This document shows, piece by piece, positions 38,776 through 52,025 of a stretch of DNA of 64,000 nucleotides (within the stretch, counting starts at the first letter, position 1; every line of letters begins with the position of its first letter). Made by a program: the position numbers and the translations under genes. A model generated the notes under the pieces. It was not told where the DNA came from. It was given only the letters and a program-made list of their open reading frames with translations, and did not search any database. The DNA comes from Macrostomum lignano (lineage: Eukaryota): positions 124,001-188,000 of the forward strand of contig NIVC01000788.1 of NCBI GenBank assembly GCA_002269645.1, in the 5' to 3' direction.

Positions 38776-38899
38776 CAGAGGAGGGAGTGTGAGTCAGTGT
38801 ATTTGAAAAGCAGTTTTGTCACGCAGGCCACACAGATTCAATCAAAAATAGAGCTCTGTGAACAGCATCTACCGGTGGCTCAAGACTCAATCTGCTTAC

Positions 38900-38996
38900 C
38901 ACAAAGGCGCCGTCGGAGCCCCACTGCACGGCGCGAAGCCTGGCTGGATTAACTTCGCAATTCCCCTCCGGGCAGAGGCTCTTCTCTGTAATTCGC
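38900..38996 (-). CDS. DPP exon RITEKSLCPEG..LRAVQWGSDGAFV
   Basis: Phase 2 entry, gtaagc donor; L...W motif. Confidence 0.8.
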
Positions 38997-39199
38997 CTGC
39001 GGCGGGGGAGAGATTAAGAACTAAGCCTATAGCTTTGATAATTCGCCTCGTTGAGGCTTCTGGCACGTAGCGTTTGACCAAACAGAGAAATTTTAATCCA
39101 ACTGTTTTGCCCGCCAATGGCTTCATCAGCTCAATTAGATTTTCGGAAAGCATAGGCAAGCTGTCGGTCAAGCTCAAGGTCACGTTACAGACCACTTAC

Positions 39200-39261
39200 T
39201 GTCCTGGCGCTTTTGGCAGTGCGACCAGTTTGTAGAATGCGCTCGAGGAGTGCCGGTAAAT
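39200..39261 (-). CDS. DPP exon IYRHSSSAFYKLVALPKAPG
   Basis: IYRHS..A.Y motif; GT-AG sites. Confidence 0.85.
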
Positions 39262-39324
39262 CTGCAGCGATTTTTTTAGCAGAATTGTGTTGCTAGGAGT
39301 TCGTTGAACGCCTCTAAACACTCA

Positions 39325-39700
39325 GACCACTGACACTTTTAACCCTCCACTGTCACTTTTAACCCTTCACTGACACTTTTAACCCTCCACTGACACTTTT
39401 AACCCTCCACTGTCACTTTTAACCCTTCACTGACACTTTTAACCCTCCACTGTCACTTTTAACCCTCCACTGTCACTTTTAACCCTTCACTGACACTTTT
39501 AACCCTCCACTGTCACTTTTAACCCTCCACTGTCACTTTTAACCCTCCACTGACACTTTTAACCGTCCACTGACACTTTTAACCGTCCACTGACACTTTT
39601 AACCGTCCACTGGCACTTTTAACCGTCCACTGGCACCTCTAACCCTCCACTGGCACCTCTAACCCTCCACTGGCACCTCTAACCCTCCACTGGAACCTCA
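39325..39700. repeat. 20-bp minisatellite
   Basis: (cactgacacttttaaccctc)n. Confidence 0.95.
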
Positions 39701-39759
39701 AGCCCCTTCACGGGCATCTTTAAACCTCCAATCAAGTGCTGATAGTTAAAAGCCATTAC

Positions 39760-39828
39760 CTTTTCAGGACTACTTTGAATAAGCAGAGTTTGACAATCTC
39801 TCGAGGCGACAAAATGTCCAATGCTGCC
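39760..39828 (-). CDS. DPP exon GSIGHFVASRDCQTLLIQSSPEK
   Basis: Equivalent to the F.VS.D.Q..LL segment; phase 0/0. Confidence 0.8.
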
Positions 39829-39918
39829 CTACAATGAATGGGGCAGGAGAGAAGTTGAAAAATGTATGCGCGTTGCCGATCGATAGAGTATAATACACAT
39901 CGCATCGTTGATGGCTAC

Positions 39919-40043
39919 CTCGCTAAACTGGTCCTTCGACAGTAGCCTGGAAACGGACACAGTGTCATTGTTCTGGTCGAAGCTGGCCTGCATAATGTCG
40001 CCAGAGCTGGCGTTCAGGTACACCAGAACGTCTGCAGTAGCGC
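39919..40043 (-). CDS. DPP exon ATADVLVYLNASSGDIMQ..LLSKDQFSE
   Basis: cccag acceptor, phase 1/0, open frame. Confidence 0.8.
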
Positions 40044-40074
40044 CTGGGAAAAGGTGAAAATCAAGTGTTAATCT

Positions 40075-42320
40075 TTCAGCCCCACCTCACTCCAACTCTT
40101 ACCCTATCTGTATTAGTCTCTGATGTTTCCTGCCCCTCCAAGTCGCAACCCTCCCCAAAGTTTAGTATGTCAGCCACCTCACTCCCAACTCTAGCCCTAT
40201 CTGCATTGTGATTGGCTGGCAAAAGTTTCTGTGATGCTTCATACTCCTCCAAGTCGCAACCATCCCTAAAGTTTAGTATGGCAGCCATCCCCACCTATTC
40301 ACTCTTCAAAGATTTACCTTGTTAATTGGCTGGTAAAAATGGCCTACAGCATGTTCACAATCAATAGGGTCTTCTATCATTTATTACCTCTTTTGCTACA
40401 GCTGAGCCATTGGTAACGCAGCTGCCGCATCTTCCTCATCATTGACATCGCTTCGGTAAAGGTAATGGGTTCACCCAGATGGAGTTCGTCCGTTCCTTGA
40501 AAGTTGTCAATTTTTTGGCGAGTTAAACTTTGCTTGCAATGCATGAATTATCCCTAGAAAAACAGTTTCGTGCAAAATTTTAATGATCTAAAATTAATTA
40601 TCCAAGTAATAAGTTAGATTTATGTACTAGCATAGCAGGCTATAGGATTCTTTACTTGATTATTCAAGTTCTATTATCATTGGAGCAGACTCGTACTTGT
40701 AGTTATGCGATTATTGACGAAAAAGTTCCATATCGAATTTCAAGTAATGCAAGTAAGTATGGTGGAAACTATCAATGGCTATTTTTATTGGTAATCTGGC
40801 TTTAAAACATCCCTGATACACACTATAAACCCTATTGTATCCGTTTCGATTGTCTGGCGCAAGTTTCCTTCCCCAAGCTCTCTCTCTCACTCCACACCCA
40901 TTCACTTCCCGTTCCCCATTTTAGCCACCTCACTCCCTGTCCTTCACCGACCATCTTGATTGGCTGGCGCAAGTTTTCTGCCCCCAACCCCTCTTTCTCA
41001 CTCCACACCCATTCAACCCCCATTTTAGCCCATCACTCCCTGTCCTTCACCGACCATCTTGATTGGCTGGTGCAAGTTTCCTGCCCCAACCCCTCTCCCT
41101 CACTCCACACCCGCATTCAGCCGTCAATACTTTATCCTCCTCAGTCTGCCTTCTAAATGCCTTTTAATTCATTCCTCCACCTGTTTGACAATTTAGCAAA
41201 TTCCCTACTAATACTAATACGCAAACAGTAGTTGCGTACTGTATCTGTATGCGAGCTATTTTACAAACGGTGTGTGAACAAATACAGTACAGTACACAGT
41301 AAATCGCATTGTAAAAAAGCGGGGATAAAATACTGACTGACTACTTGTTGAGACGCACATAGAACATGAACAACAGGAAAAAACTGTGCGCCGAGTTCGA
41401 AAAACTCGTGTCCTGTGCACGTTTAACCATCAGAAATATGCACGTAAGCAAACGGAGTTATGGGAACATATTAGTTATCGTCCTAAGCAACGACCGCGTC
41501 CCAACCACGGCATAATCTTCCAGGCAGCAATATTGTTTGCTGCAGGTGTTTCCTACCCGTGTCCTGTCGGCTAAACCCACGGGGCAGGATAGCGAACCCA
41601 TTATAAATATTCAAAAGTCCACTAGCTGCGGCTATGCAGAAAAGCAGAAAACTTCTTTCTGATTCCTATTTTGGTTCGAATGTGCCGTTTTGTTTGGCCT
41701 TTGACGAAAGCAGAAAAAATCACATGACTTCGTATCCAGCGTTTTCTGAAACTATTATCTTAGTCTTTTCTAGCTTCAAAGCTATGCAGCAACAACCGAT
41801 AAAGTTTGTTTCAAGAATAAAAAACGATTTATTCGATTCAGTCAACAACTGATTGAAAGAATTATTGAATCTGATAAAAAACGACTGGAATCAAACCGCA
41901 TTCCGTGTCAACATTTATTCTGGTTTAGTTGGTTGACAAATATTTACATGTGTGGACTAGGGAACCATTCTTTCCTGCCCCTTAATCGCCGCTAATTGGC
42001 TGGCTTGAAGGTTCATTCAAATCATTTTACTCAATTTCCTTCCTAACCGTCTGGTTCTGCCCCACCCCATCTCCCCAACCCTGCTCCTCAATCACCGCTT
42101 ATTGGCTGGCTATAAGGCTCATTCCTTTCACTGACAATTCTTCCTAACCCACGCCTCTCTCGTTCTGTCCCACCCATCTCTCCTACCCTGCCCCTCAATC
42201 ACCGCTGATTGGCTGGCTATAAAGCTCATTAATTTTACTGACTATTCTTCCTAGCACACGCCGTCTCGTTCTGCCCCACCCCATCTCTCCAACCCTACCC
42301 CTGAATCACCGCTGATTGGC
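40075..42320. repeat. Three clusters (40075-40300, 40860-41110, 41990-42320) of degenerate ~60-100-bp C-rich repeats with gattggctg
   Basis: Repeated cccacc..ctc..gattggctgg units. Confidence 0.6.
40388..40495 (-). CDS. DPP exon TDELHLGEPITFTEAM..YQWLS (donor at 40388 or 40400)
   Basis: P.TF.E and W.S motifs following the TM exon; phase 1/1. Confidence 0.7.
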
Positions 42321-44121
42321 TGTCAAAAATCAGCATTGAGTTAAACTTTCACTTAATCACACGTCGCATTGAGACAAACTGTATCAACGTGTATTAACTT
42401 TTAGATAAACAACCATTTTTTTCTATCTGGGGTTTTTATATCACAACAGAGGAAGGGGACACTCAACTTCTATCGGTTTAAAGCCAATAGTGACGGTGGA
42501 ATCTCGATTACTGTGGGGTTTTACTTGACATACGAGTAGATATAGTATGCATCTAGGCAAAATGAGCTCAGTCTACTGCGCTGTGGAAGCACGCCGTTCA
42601 CCAATATGATGGGGGGGATTAAAGACGAGCTTATAACAAGCTGAGCTAGCTATTCGTTACGGGATTACTCGATAGGATCATTGCTGATCGAGCAAAAGCA
42701 ACGGAAACGAGTTTTCACGAGAACACTGGTTGTTGCTGGTCTTCTTACCAAACAAATCTGTTCCAACAGGGGATTAAACAAGGTATTAGAGTATGAGCAA
42801 GTGTGACCAAAGTTCTTGTTCAATAGAAAAACACATCTAGGGGAAAGCAATTTAATTAATACCAAATTACTGGCAGGTAGTTTTATCAATTCACGAAAAA
42901 ATGCTGCTTTAAAAAAGCAAAATAAAATCTAGTTCTACCCAGACACACAAAACTGAATTGATTGCTCCCATCATAAATTCATCATTCTTAATCCCAATTT
43001 TCGGTTGTCGAATGCTTAACGACCAGCGCAACCCGACTCCTTACTAACCCACGCAGCACCGGCAGGCTTATCGCTGATCCTCTCGTATTCCATTCCCCCA
43101 CTGAGTCACAATGAAAGCGGATTTCGCTACGGGAGAAGAGGCTTAAAGGTCCAATGGGAAGGGGAAGCGGGTGAGAGGAGAGATCAGCTTCCTCCCCGAG
43201 GTCCCCGGACCTGCGGCTTATACACAGGCAAATCTATAATTCACAGAAGTCGCTGCTCGAGGAAGCGGGAGAGAGGTGGAGCGGCACGCCGTCTCGCATC
43301 GATTACCCGGAGACCAGCTCCCCCAAGGCACGGCATGCTATTCGAATTATTAGGTATAACCTTTTACTTTATGCAGCTTTCTCTCAGCCATAGCACCTAG
43401 CAACCAATTTAATGCAGAATAAGTGTCCGGCTCTGCTTTCTACATCTTGAGCTTTTTGAGAGAAAAATGTATCCGCCTCCATCTAGTCCAGCCTACGTGC
43501 GGGACGAGATGGAGTTGCAATTTGTAGCCAGCCGGTGGCTGCGGGTTGCCGGCCCCACACAGGTGACAATTCACCTTCGCGGCTAAAAGAATAGGGGAAA
43601 GAGGAATTAGAGTAGTAAGTAAGGGGAGGGGGCTGGGAGCATGGGAAGCAGTGAGAGAGTGAAAGAGATCCCGTTGCGGCACTGGGATAAGCGACAGGTG
43701 CGCTGCAGCTGGCGTCGCACTTCAGAGGTCGTTTACTTCTTTACTCCTTTCTCTTCCCTTATGGCTTTCCTCTCCCACCTTTCAGCTCTATCCTGGAGGC
43801 AATTTCACATTCTACAAGGATAAAGGTAGTAAGCGAAAGGATATCATCACATCCGCATTTCGGGCATGCTGATTAGTCTGCTGCTGATCCATCTGTCTCA
43901 GAATATCAGGAGGCTTTGCTGCACTACCTGAGTGAGTCACTCAAGCAGCCTTGCTATGGCAGCTTATTAGGTGCATGAGAACTATTAGCTGCAGGGAAAA
44001 TCTGGGATAAATCTCCTCTATTCCCATTAGAGATGGACTGAGGATTCCTCTGTCTCACCCAGTTTTTTCGATACTTGACTTGAAGAATTTCTGTTAAATA
44101 TTTATCCACTCAATCATACAG

Positions 44122-44460
44122 TCACTCGGTCACTCAGTCACTCAGTCACTCAGTCAGTCGATCACTCAGTCACTCAGTCACTCAGTCACTCAGTCACTCG
44201 GTCACTCAGTCACTCGATCACTCAGTCACTCAGTCACTCAGCCACTCAGTCACTCAGTCACTCAGTCACTCGGTCACTCAGTCACTCGATCACTCAGTCA
44301 CTCAGTCACTCAGCCACTCAGTCACTCAGTCAGTCGATCACTCAGTCAGTCGGTCACTCAGTCACTCAGTCAGTCAGTCACTCAGTCAGTCAGTCACTCA
44401 GTCACTCAGTCAGTTGATCACTCAGTCACTCGGTCACTCAGTCACTCCGTCACTCGGTCA
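44122..44460. repeat. (CACTCAGT)n octamer array at a SINE tail
   Basis: Direct inspection; contiguous with the SINE 3' end. Confidence 0.92.
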
Positions 44461-44660
44461 CACATTTACTCAGTCTAATCGTCAGGCATGTGCACTCTCT
44501 GCGCCTTGGGGGCTGGCCCTCATGGGTGTGTGACTCGCAAGACAACATTCCGACCATTTTTTCTTGCACAAGCCCCAAATAAATTTTGGCCGCGCAGGGA
44601 ATCGAACCAGGGGCCGCGGCCCGAGAGTCAGGCGCCTTTACCGCTGAGCTGCCCCCCCCA
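44460..44660 (-). mobile_element. tRNA-derived SINE
   Basis: Minus strand: gggggcagctcagcggtaaaggcg (A box)...ggttcgattccc (B box), then a unique body and a repeat tail; no tRNA 3' acceptor stem. Confidence 0.75.
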
Positions 44661-45084
44661 CATGCACTCACAGCTGCGCAAATTGGTTTAATGTAGGCTA
44701 AAAGTAAAAGAACGCGCAATGTTTTATGAGTGCAACCTCTTTAGTTGGCTGGCAGTGCGTGGCGCCATTCACTCCTGCGGGGCAACGCACTGAAGCCAAC
44801 TAAATCTGCTGGCACTTTTCCTATTCTTATAATAGTACAATCTTTATTGCCCAGAGAGAGTATTGGGATTCACCTTTTCTGGGATCTGTGGCCGGATTAC
44901 GCTCAATGAAGGTTGGTTTAATCAGCGAGTAACGAGGACAATGAGAAAGGCAAACTGAAGATGCTGGCATACAGGGGTTACAGGGGAGATGGAAGCAGCA
45001 CATGAGGGTAAGAAACTGCCAGGTGAGAGTGGTGAAATTGAGTGTAAATGAGGGGAGAAGAAATTGGAAGGCAGAGATTTTGGA

Positions 45085-45365
45085 CTGGAGGGAAAAGAGA
45101 GGGAGAGGGGAAGGGGAGAGGGAGAGAGGAGAGAGAAGGAGAGGTGAGAGAAGAAGAGGGGAGAGAAGAGGGGAGAGAAGAAGAGGGGAGAGAAGAGGGG
45201 AGAGAAGAAGAGGGGAGAGAAGAGGGGAGAGAAGAAGAGGGGAGAGAAGGAGAGGTGAGAGAAGAAGAGGGGAGAGAAGAGGGGAGAGAAGAAGAGGGGA
45301 GAGAAGAGGTGAGAGAAGGAGAGGGGAGAGAAGGAGAGGGGAGAGAAGGAGAGGGGGAGCGGGGA
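45085..45365. repeat. GA-rich degenerate repeat
   Basis: gaggggagagaagaa units. Confidence 0.85.
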
Positions 45366-45926
45366 GCTGGTGAAAGAGTAATCCTTGCCCCAGTATCGAG
45401 GCTTCCAGACTAAAAGAACGCCGTCATCGGGAAACTGTGATGAAGCCATGAAAGGCATTGATCGATACGAAGACAATTGGGTCATTTAGCGCTAAAACTA
45501 TCCTTATTTTGCCAATAGGGTTTGTAGCAAAAACAGGCCCTTTCAGCTATGCTTTTTGCGCAGCATTTGCCATTAGTGCCACGTCCTTTGCGTTAGACGA
45601 AGTGTGAATCATTTGAGTGCATAGTCCGCAGATACTTCAGGCCGGTGGGTAAGCTTAACATAAAAATGCAACAGAGCGAATTTAGGCGTCGGGTGAAAAC
45701 ATGTAAGACATCGTAAGTACGAGCTTGCTGTTGTCGCAAGATTTACAAACCAGTCTATGAAACGAAAACGTGTAACTTGTAACACCTATGAAGCATCCCC
45801 CAGGAAGCGACACTGAAAATTCAAGAGCTGTACTCGCGCATGCCAGAGACTGGAGGAAAAACAGATAAATAAATAGAGAGAAGCGGAAAAGCGCAGATTA
45901 AATCTGCAGCGAAGCACGCAACTCAC

Positions 45927-46041
45927 TCGGCGTTAACCACAAAATTGCTGCTCCGATCAGGGCCAGAATGGAGACGATCACCACCACGGCTATGACGACG
46001 CCTCTGAGATTCTTCTGCGCCGGCGCATTGCCAACCAGCTC
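45927..46041 (-). CDS. DPP shared exon 2: type II transmembrane anchor ELVGNAPAQKNLRGVVIAVVVIVSILALIGAAILWLTP
   Basis: tcctcag acceptor, phase 0 entry, gtgagt donor; resembles DPP10 [23 protein letters not shown]. Confidence 0.92.
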
Positions 46042-46069
46042 CTGAGGATTTTGGAATGTGGGTATAACA

Positions 46070-46368
46070 ATAATTGATTACACATGCCTTAGTGACCAGA
46101 TGTGCAACCGACAGCTCAGCCGCAGCTATTGCGCGGCGCATCTGAAGGCTGCGTACGGCTGCTCAGTCCAAGGACTGGGGGGTCGCCGCACACACCCTCA
46201 ATTATCCCAGCTAATGCTGGCACCCATTTTACAGCTGGGTGAACTGAAGCAATGCAGAGTTAAGTGTCTTGCTCAAGGACACAGATTGTTCCGTGTGGGT
46301 CGAGAATCGAACCCGCAACCTTTTAGTCGTGAGCCCGACGCTCTAACCACCACTGGGCTACAACCCCC
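46070..46368 (-). mobile_element. tRNA-derived CORE-type SINE
   Basis: Head gggggttgtagcccagtggtggttagagcg..ggttcgattc; central tgtgtccttgagcaagacacttaac..cttcagtt..ctgtaaaatggg (46223-46283) resembles the MIR CORE. Confidence 0.8.
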
Positions 46369-46954
46369 TTCTTTTGCGTAAAAGTATACAAAGATTGTCT
46401 GCGACCGCTGTCTATGGCAAAGCTTCCTTAAAAAAGGTTTTTAGGCTACTCTTCTAAGCTGATGTCAAATTGTCTCAGTTAAAGAAATGTGATAAGATTT
46501 AATGTACAGTGAAAAGTGAAAAGTTGCAAACAAAAACAATTTTGAATTCTGTAGAGAGACACCAGCTGGCCTGGATACAAGCGAAGTATTTTGAGGCAAT
46601 AGACTGACTGTACAATCAATTGGGAAGACCGAACCAGTTGCTCTCTCCGGCCAGAGATCAAAGGAGCCGAACAGCCCTCCCAACCCCGGATGAGCAAATA
46701 CAATAATCAAGAAAGCGCAGGCAAGCATAAAATGCTTATTGTTGCTACGCAGAAAGGGGTGAAGGAAATTGATTTGCTTTATTGCTGTAGAACGCAATAA
46801 GAGCAGCCAAAATATTCTCGCTTGCTGTCAGATTGCTAGCGGCCTCAAATTGTGCGACCGTCTTCTAGTTTAGCGTCTGGATTGCAGGTCTGACTGTGCT
46901 GCACGGGCCAGCAAATGTGACTTGGTTAATAGATATCTACACTGATTAACCTCA

Positions 46955-47428
46955 GGTAGGTAGGTAGGTGGGTAGATAGATAGATAGGTATGTAGATAGG
47001 TGTAGGTAGGTATGTAGGTAGATAGGTAGGTAGGTAGGTAGGTAGATAGGTAGGTAGATAGGTAGGTAGGAAGGTAGGTAGGTAGGTAGGTAGATAGATG
47101 GGTAGGTAGGTAGGTAGGTAGGTAGATAGGTGTAGGTAGGTAGGTAGGTAGGTAGGTAGGTAGATAGGTAGGTAGATAGGTAGGTAGGAAGGTAGGTAGG
47201 TAGGTAGATAGATGGGTAGGTAGGTAGATAGGTAGGTAGGTAGGTAGGTAGGAAGGTAGGTAGGTAGGTAGATAGATGGGTAGGTAGGTAGATAGGTAGG
47301 TAGGTAGGTAGGTAGGTAGGTAGGTAGGTAGGTAGGTAGGTAGGTAGGTAGGTAGGTAGGTAGGTAGGTAGATAGGTAGGTAGATAGGTAGGTAGGAAGG
47401 TAGGTAGGTAGGTAGATAGATAGGTAGG
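46955..47428. repeat. (GGTA)n microsatellite
   Basis: Direct inspection. Confidence 0.96.
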
Positions 47429-47686
47429 TACGTAGTTAAATATTATCTAAGTTCTTTTATATACATATGCACAGGTACAAAGTTGTTTGAGTGCCCACTT
47501 TGATATTCGAGATCTTTAGCACACCCAAACTCGCTCATTGAAGCAAATTGTTACTATTTATCAATCAAGGTACGTACACGTGCCTGGAAAGTATATGATC
47601 TGGTACTGGTAGACAGGCAGATATATTCATTTGAGTAAGCAGGGTAGCTACAGGTAGACAATTAGAACCATTCGTATCGAACTCAC

Positions 47687-47725
47687 TTCGTTGAGCGGCA
47701 CCGCCTGTTGCTTTGCCGCGTCCAT
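47687..47725 (-). CDS. DPP alternative first exon F: MDAAKQQAVPLNE
   Basis: ATG, 39 nt, gaa|gtgagt donor, phase 0. Confidence 0.7.
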
Positions 47726-48094
47726 AGCAACTGAAGCCGGTACTGTTAAAGTTAGCTTAGTTCAATGCCTAGCAGTGCTGTTGCTAGACAAGGATATGGG
47801 TCTTTTATGACAGCTCCGGTGTTCAACCGTTTATCAGCGGCCGCTCAGGAACAGCCGATAGACCCCCGCACAGCGTCTGAAAGACTTGGGTTCCCCTTGG
47901 AAGCGACAGCTCTGTGACTGGCCAGGCCCGAGCAGTCGCTTGCCTGTGGCCCGTCTCCTCCAGCCAGTCAGCGTTTAGCAGGTTATACAGAGCCTGCCAG
48001 CAGCCAGTGTGCTAAGGAAGAGAGGGGAGCCCTTGAACGCTAGGTCTTCAATTCCTAGGCTGTATGTTCTGTTCCACACTGTCTGCGGGACTGT

Positions 48095-48426
48095 CAGCAC
48101 TGAGTTCCCTTCTGTCTGTCTGTCAGTAGATGCGCTGAGTTCCCTTCTATCTGTCTGTCAGTAGATGCGCTGAATTCCCTTCTGTCTGTCTGTCTGTCTG
48201 TCTGTCAGTAGATGCGCTGAGTTCCTTTCTGTCTGTCTGTCTGTCTGTCTGTCAGTAGATGCACTGAGTTCCCTTCTGTCTGTCTGTCAGTAGATGCGCT
48301 GAGTTCCCTTCTATCTGTCTGTCAGTAGATGCGCTGAGTTCCCTTCTATCTGTCTGTCAGTAGATGCGCTGAATTCCCTTCTGTCTGTCTGTCTGTCTGT
48401 CTGTCAGTAGATGCGCTGAGTTCCTT

Positions 48427-48460
<34 letters not shown>

Positions 48461-48691
48461 AGTAGATGCACTGAGTTCCCTTCTGTATGTCTGTCAGTAG
48501 ATGCACTGAATTCCCTTCTGTCTGTCTGTCAGTAGATGCGCTGAGTTCCCTTCTGTCTGTTTGTCAGTAGATGCACTGAATTCCCTTCTGTCTGTCTGTC
48601 AGTAGATGCGCTGAGTTCCCTTCTGTCTGTCTGTCAGTAGATGCGCTGAGTTCCCTTCTGTCTGTCTGTCAGTAGATGCGCTGAGTTCCCT

Positions 48692-48785
<94 letters not shown>

Positions 48786-48805
48786 AGTAGATGCGCTGAG
48801 TTCTG
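48095..48805. repeat. ~35-bp minisatellite with an embedded variable (CTGT)n
   Basis: (ctgagttcccttctgtctgtctgtcagtagatgcg)n. Confidence 0.93.
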
Positions 48806-51389
48806 TCCGTCAGAAAGCAACGCTACCTTTTCTAATGTGTACAAGCTAATCTGTATGCATTGAAACTCAATCTAATAGTGATTGAAGACCATTATAGTTT
48901 AACAATTCACGTTATAATTTAATTTGCTTTCAATTCTTCGAGAGCAAAGTCGACAATCTCTGTTCAGCTGATGTCTGCACCTGCTGCTTGCACTCAGCCT
49001 TTGAGCGCATTAAAATATTGATCACACAGGAGTATTCAAACAGCATTATCTGCAACGCACAAAAATATGAAATGCATGAAAAAATAGGTTTGGATAAAAA
49101 TTTTAATTTCTTTAACTGCCCAAGTCAGTGTTGCAAGGAAGTAAAAAATTCAGCAGGCAGACGAGCAAACGAAAGTGAAGCAGTCAGTCAAGCTTCATAT
49201 TGTGCCCCATCTTTTTCTAGTTCCTTTCATTCTCAACCCAAGAATCTTTGAGTCAAAGAAGCCTCCCGCAGTGCACGCCATGTGCAGTTGGCAACAAGCC
49301 GCACGGAGGGTCAAACAGTCTGGTCCCGTTCCTTCCGCTGCCATTTTTGTTCGCCTCCGGGCAGCAGCTCTCCCTATCACGGCCTATTTAGACTTCGCTG
49401 TGAAGCCGCCATCCCAGCCCTCGCAGCCTCTCCTATCCCAAGCTTGCAGCTTCATCAGCTCTTAGCCTAGGGCTGAAATCGATAATTCGTCCTCCCCCTT
49501 TTCTTCTCTTCCTCATCCTGGCGTCTCTTGGCTTAAATAAAGAGAGATTCAGCTGAGACGGCTGCCAGCGTCTGTCTATTTCTCTGTCTCCCTTTTAAAA
49601 AGAAGAAGCAAGAGTTGCTTTGACTTTCTGACGGGTAGGAAATTGCCCTCTGAGCAATGCGCTAGCCAATTTAAGATAGCTTTCCGAGTCAAAGTCTCGT
49701 TGCAAACGAAAATTTGGATTCTAAATAAAATATGCTGGAAAAAAATCATTATGCCATGAAATAATCGGAATGCACTACTGATAATCAGTAGATTGGTTTT
49801 TTTCTATCCACGAACCAATTCGTTTCATCGAAAATTGTTGGAATGATGGATTTTATGCTCATATTTTTAAATCTTGCAATGTCAGAGTCAAAAGGGTTGA
49901 ATATCATCGAAAAAAATTTCAATTAAAACTAAATTTTAATATAGTTCAATTAATTTTTTTGAACTTTACTGTTACAGCTATATACAAAAAAGATGCTAAT
50001 TTTGCTACTGATTTTTTTACTATTTTACTTAATGTTATCATCACTGTCAATACACTCTAAATATCATTATTGATATCATGTTTTATTGTAAAAATAATTT
50101 TTTAGTTTAGTGTCATTGTACTTGGAAGAGTCACCCCTGAAATAATTTTATTTATCATAGAAACGGACTGGTTGAGATGCTACTAGAAGTAAGCTATGAT
50201 GGTAAGTAGCAGGGTTTTTTAACAAAAAGGAAACATTTGACAAATAAATTCAGACTGTCTTTTTCTGGTAAAAAAACTTTTTCGCACTCGACAAGAAATA
50301 GTTTTTGGAGTTCTTGGGCAATTGCCAAGTGCTAATTGCAGCGAGCTGCTGGGACCTCAGCTGTTGCTCCCCAAGCCCTACCGGTTTGCAAGTTGAGCTG
50401 CAATATTTCGAATTCGTCAGGGAAGGCGCGCATTCAATCGACTCCCGGGAAGCAAAATATTCGCGGCAATTCCCAGGAAAATTAATGGAATTGCGCGTCA
50501 AAGTTACGCGAAGTTTCCACTAGCCAGAATTGTTGCGTGAAATTGTGTTTTAATTCTCTTGGGAATTATTTTTAGATATAATCAGCTCAGTTGACAGAAA
50601 TGGACAGAATAGAAAACTATAGAGAGGGAGCTTATTAAAGTATGGGCGGACTGAAAAACAGAAGTAACTAAATTATTTTTATTTTTATTGCAGTGAATTA
50701 CAATGAATATCATAAATTCCATTATGAACGACTTGAGTTTTAATTTGTAAGTGATTTTTGCGTTTAATTTTGAAGTAAAGCTTTTAAAAGTGAATATATA
50801 ATTTATAGGTTACTTATTTTTGTTAATATTAAAAAACATAATATTTATGTAATACGCTCGTAATTTATTGGAATGGAATTTATTATTAAAAATCAAAACT
50901 AGGTCTTCCAAGTAGCTAGAGGCCTGACTCTTCCTCAAGTTTTCATCTGTTTCACAGTCACGCAAAAAACTTGTAAGCAGTATAGCAAAAACCGTTGTGT
51001 TTAGCTAGTAATTTTAATTCCTTAGCATACAGGAGCGTATAATTTACCTATGCATTACACAGTTATGCATGAAACACTTGACAAACTTACTTTTTATTAA
51101 AGCACACTAGTGCCATATTAAATTGTATTTAATTTAACGGTATTTTTAACTGCACTTTTAACGTACTTCTACTGTAAAATATTGTCAACGAAATGTCTAC
51201 CCTACTTTTTATTTCTGAATCATTTTTAAAACACTAAAACACAATTAAACAATTTTAATTTTTAATTTTAAACAACACCAATTTTTTTGTTGAAAATTTT
51301 AACACAACAGTCGATTGAAAGTACAAAGCTGGCATGGCGCTAAAGCCTAAAAAGTCTTGGCCCCGCGCCTCTCGCGCGTCCAGCCTCAC

Positions 51390-51422
51390 ATCTCCCTGCC
51401 GATGACAGTCGAGGCCATCCAT
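51390..51422 (-). CDS. DPP alternative first exon E: MDGLDCHRQGD
   Basis: ATG, 33 nt, gat|gtgagg donor, phase 0, in a GC-rich island. Confidence 0.5.
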
Positions 51423-51975
51423 TATTCATTGCCACCTTGGCCTGCTGGACCGCCATGCCAGCTGCTGAGAGCCGCGCGTGGGATAATTCCCAGCCAATAA
51501 CTCCCCTTAAGTGCTCCGCCTCCATTGATTGCCTCCTGCCGCAGCCCAGCTAATAAATCTAAATAATTTTGAGAGCTGGACTGGGGAGGCAATCGCTTGG
51601 CATTGGGGCGAAATTTGCAATTTTTCGCACTTGGGAATCCAATTTTTTTAGCTGATCGTCCAGTTTGGAAATTTTAGGAGAAAGGATGAAGCGAGGCCGC
51701 TGGTGGCATTTTTAGTGGGGGGGGGGGGCTAGCGGCTAAGCGGCATCGAATTTCCCAGACAGCTGGGCCGCTTCACGCCAATTTTGTCCATTTCCGAAGC
51801 TTTCATTCTCTCACTGTCCCGGCCTCTGTGCGGCAAAACAGCGGCATTGGAGTCCGTTCGGGATCCACAAGCAGAAGGGATAGATTGCCGAAGCGTGCAG
51901 TTGGGGACACCGGATATTGTCTGCGCTCTTTGTCGTTATTTAGCCGAGTTTTCCACTGTCCACCCAGCATGCGAC

Positions 51976-52025
<50 letters not shown>

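Noticed and set aside
44590-46368. tRNA genes at 44590-44660 and 46295-46368
   Set aside because: A/B boxes are present but no complete acceptor-stem pairing was seen, and both continue into SINE bodies
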